Shown here: positions 23,452 through 26,091 of the stretch, one piece after another
Numbering within the stretch: the stretch's first letter is position 1
Layout of the letters: the number at the start of each line of letters is the position of its first letter
Position numbers and translations under genes: made by a program
Notes under the pieces: model-generated
Seen by the model: only the letters and a program-made list of their open reading frames with translations
Told to the model about the DNA's origin: nothing
Database searches by the model: none
From: Candidatus Eiseniibacteriota bacterium
GTDB lineage: Bacteria > Eisenbacteria > RBG-16-71-46
Assembly (NCBI GenBank): GCA_041483195.1
Contig: JBGPFC010000048.1
Location: 1-26,091 of the forward strand
Direction: 5' to 3'
Length of the DNA: 26,091 nt

Positions 23452-25896
23452 TCAGCGGCCGGATGGCCCGGTCAGGATGACACCGCGCTCCGAGTCTAGC
23501 AGAAGCGCGCGCGCGCTCACCCGCGGATCCAGGACCGAGGCCTCGAGCGGCCCGGGCTCGGTGCGCGCGAAGCGCACCACCCCGCGAGCGTCGCTCTCGA
23601 GCACCAGGGCGCCGCCGAGCGTCACCATCGCGCCCGCCACCGCGTAGCCCGACTCGTCCCGCACCTCGATCGAGTCGGGCGGGAAGGCCTGCTCCGGCGC
23701 CCACTCGCGCGCGAACCCGAGGTAGAGCGCATAGGCCTCGGCGCGCACCACGCCGGGCGCGAGCAGGCGTTCCTCTTCGCCGCCGCCGTCGATGCGCGCC
23801 GGAGAGACGTACAGCGCCGGGCACGAGGTCTGCTGCAGCGGATACTGTGCGTCCTCGGCGAGCGGGGGCGCGGACAGGCCGAGCGATCCGAACGATTCCG
23901 CGACGCGCGCGGCCCACGCGTGGCCCGCGGCGCTCGAGAAGTAGTACCCGAACATGGGCGGCTCGTCGCGATGGCCGATGCGCAGGAAGCGCTCGGGATG
24001 AAACCGTTCGCTGATCTGCACGCGCTCCACGTCGGAGAGCGCGAAGTCGCCGGCCCGCGTGATCAGCACCTCGGCGCCGGCCGCGCCGAGCATGCTCGCG
24101 AGGGCGCGCGCGACCTCGAGATTGAGGCTCGCCGCGCGCGTGCCGCCCGGACCCTCCCCGCCGGTCACGTCGCCGCCGCCATCGGGATCGATCACGATCC
24201 GCCGCCCGTGCAGCGCGCCGCCCGCGATCGCGACGAGGCGCGGGGGCCAGGTCGATTCAGAGGCCCATGGCCGATAGCCGTCGAGGGCGGGGATCGCGGA
24301 CGATCGTGGCGTGCCCATGGATCGCGGGGTGCCCGCCGCCGAGTCGTCCCTCACGCGCACGAACCCGTCGCGATTGAGCCACGTGATGCGCGGGCCGGGC
24401 TCGCGAGTGCCCGGCGCGTCCCGCAGCGGAGCTTCGTCCGGCATCTCGAGCGCGAAGGCGGTGCGGGTCGCGGGCCGCCTCGCAGGAAGGAAGGCGAGGC
24501 GTGCGGCCGCGGGCGGCACGTTCGCGACGACGGATTCCCCCGCCGGCGGCGGCGTGAGCCCGAGCCTCACGCGGACCTCCGGCGCGCGATCCGCGGGGCG
24601 CTGTGCCGAGCGTCGGAAGTAGACCCACGCGACGCCTTCGCGCAGCGTGACGACGGTGTCGCCGGGCGCGAGCAGTCGCGTGCCGTCGTCGCGCACCCGC
24701 AGCCGCAGCGTGTCGGGATCGGCGAGCCCGTCCCGATCGAGCACGCGCACGCGCAGGCCGAGCGGCTGCCGCCCATCCCACGCGACCTGATCCGGAAACT
24801 CCGCGACGATCGCATGCGGAGCGTTCCGTACCTCGAACGTGTCGGCGGCGGTGCGGGCCGAGCCCTCGCCCGCGAGCCTCACGTCGAGCGTGGCGACGTG
24901 CTGGCCCATCGCGAGCGGGGCGGGCGGGCGCCACGAGAGCGTCCCGCCCTCGCGCAGCGGCTCGATCTCCACGCCGTCGAGCGTCATGCGCGCCTCGTCG
25001 AACGCGCCGCGAATGCGCGCCCGCAGCTCCGGCCAGGCGGTCGCGAACGGGGAACGCGCGCGAGGCAGGCCCGGGAACCACGCGCGGAATTCTTCGACCT
25101 GCGGCGCCCGCCGCGCGCAGTACCGCGCGATGCCGAGCAGCAGCGCCTCCGCCTCCAGCCGCTGGCTCGCGGCCAGGGCGAGTCTGCTCTCGACGTCGGG
25201 ATTGGTGATGTAACTCGATTCGGTGAGGATCGCCGGCGGCTCCGCGGTGCGGAGCACGAAGTAGTTGCCGGGCACCACGCGATGGCGCTCGATTCCCAGA
25301 TTGCGCACCAGATAACGGTGCACGCCCTGCGCGAGGTCGAGCGATGGACCCTCGTCGCCCAGCTTGTAGTAGGTCTGGGTCTCGTTCACGTCGTGCGCGC
25401 CGCGCGCGTCGGCGTTGTGGTGGATCGAGAGGAACAGGTCGGGGGCGAACGCGTTCGCGATCCGCATGCGCTCGGTGAGATCGGCGCGCAGCGAGCTGTC
25501 GCCCGGCGTGAGGAAATCGCGATCGTCGGTGCGCGTCATGAGCACGATCGCGCCCCGCGCCTCGAGCAGCCCGCGCAGGTTGAGTGCGACCCCGAGATTG
25601 ACCTCGGCCTCGGTGAGGCCCTTCACGCCCAGCGCGCCGCGGAAGAATCCGCCGTGACCCGGGTCGAGCGCGATGCGCTTGCCGGCCAGCGCTCCGGCAT
25701 CGACGGAGGCGAGATCGTCGACCCGCCGCTCGTAGCCCGCCTTCGGACGCGAAGGGCTGGACGGCGCGCGCCTGGGCGCCGCGGATGGGCCCCCGGGGGG
25801 CGCGACCGCGTACGGGCCGCAACCCGCGACCACCGCGATGCCCAGACCGAGGGACAGGACGGCACGGCGCATCCGTGCGCACGGTGCAGCGCTCAT
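23452..25896 (-). CDS. N-acetylmuramoyl-L-alanine amidase (Amidase_3) lipoprotein with a second, degenerate amidase-like domain
   Basis: Lipobox VAGC. Domain 1 has IALDPGHGG, EAEVNL, FLSIHHNA and AILTE.SYITN. Domain 2 has IVIDPDGGG...LNL.VAR.L...L...GAEV.ITR...ER. Start 25896 or 25872. Confidence 0.88.
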   Translation of the reverse strand: MSAAPCARMRRAVLSLGLGIAVVAGCGPYAVAPPGGPSAAPRRAPSSPSRPKAGYERRVDDLASVDAGALAGKRIALDPGHGGFFRGALGVKGLTEAEVNLGVALNLRGLLEARGAIVLMTRTDDRDFLTPGDSSLRADLTERMRIANAFAPDLFLSIHHNADARGAHDVNETQTYYKLGDEGPSLDLAQGVHRYLVRNLGIERHRVVPGNYFVLRTAEPPAILTESSYITNPDVESRLALAASQRLEAEALLLGIARYCARRAPQVEEFRAWFPGLPRARSPFATAWPELRARIRGAFDEARMTLDGVEIEPLREGGTLSWRPPAPLAMGQHVATLDVRLAGEGSARTAADTFEVRNAPHAIVAEFPDQVAWDGRQPLGLRVRVLDRDGLADPDTLRLRVRDDGTRLLAPGDTVVTLREGVAWVYFRRSAQRPADRAPEVRVRLGLTPPPAGESVVANVPPAAARLAFLPARRPATRTAFALEMPDEAPLRDAPGTREPGPRITWLNRDGFVRVRDDSAAGTPRSMGTPRSSAIPALDGYRPWASESTWPPRLVAIAGGALHGRRIVIDPDGGGDVTGGEGPGGTRAASLNLEVARALASMLGAAGAEVLITRAGDFALSDVERVQISERFHPERFLRIGHRDEPPMFGYYFSSAAGHAWAARVAESFGSLGLSAPPLAEDAQYPLQQTSCPALYVSPARIDGGGEEERLLAPGVVRAEAYALYLGFAREWAPEQAFPPDSIEVRDESGYAVAGAMVTLGGALVLESDARGVVRFARTEPGPLEASVLDPRVSARALLLDSERGVILTGPSGR

Positions 25897-25904
25897 GGCG
25901 GCGC

Positions 25905-25934
25905 ACTGTAGCCCGGAGCCGATCCCGGGCGCAA
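25905..25934 (-). promoter_or_regulatory. Putative sigma70-type promoter of the amidase-TonB operon (near-leaderless)
   Basis: Minus strand reads TTGCGC-18 nt-TACAGT, then 8 nt to ATG 25896. Confidence 0.45.
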
Positions 25935-26054
25935 TCCTCTTGCGTCCGCGCTGTAACGAGCAAGACTATCTGTCCGGTTCCGGGCAGAACCAGGTGACCG
26001 CTCCTTTCAACGGGGTGGCGGGGTGGTATCAGGGGTGCCGAGGAGGACCCCGAG

Positions 26055-26091
26055 ATGCCGCTGGCCCCGACCGTCCAGGAGCGGATGATGA
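26055..26091 (+). CDS. 5' end of a gene running off the window (MPLAPTVQERMM...); product not determinable, uS15/RpsO is only a guess
   Basis: Strong SD AGGAGG (26041-26046) 8 nt before the ATG. Only 12 codons are visible. Confidence 0.45.
   Translation, partial: MPLAPTVQERMM

Overview
A high-GC bacterial chromosome segment from an organism with an outer membrane (TonB proteins, a beta-barrel receptor, lipoproteins). The gene order suggests an FCB-related or deltaproteobacterial-like lineage, which is an inference only. Bases 1 to about 2313 are more AT-rich and look accessory. They hold the tail of an NTF2-like gene, a divergent TonB-dependent receptor, and an orphan 26-nt tRNA 3' end at the junction with the core. 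The rest is mostly housekeeping on the + strand: cinA-thpR-recA-recX-osmC-alaS, then rfbA(long form)-rfbD-gmhA-UbiA-family phosphoribosyltransferase-ispE, then spoVG-tRNA-Gln(TTG)-prs-rplY-pth-rpsF-rpsR-DUF2232-like-rplI, then parvulin/TPR protein, bifunctional nuclease and a type-1 periplasmic-binding-fold protein. A convergent - strand pair (double-domain amidase lipoprotein and TonB C-terminal protein) and the start of one more + gene close the window. I found no CRISPR array, transposase, integrase or clear new multi-gene system. The best leads are small signals: a patch of rare synonymous codons at the empty RecA-b intein site, the orphan tRNA 3' fragment, a Fibrobacter-type LexA-like box at recA, a promoter written inside ispE, and an amidase with a second, apparently inactive domain.
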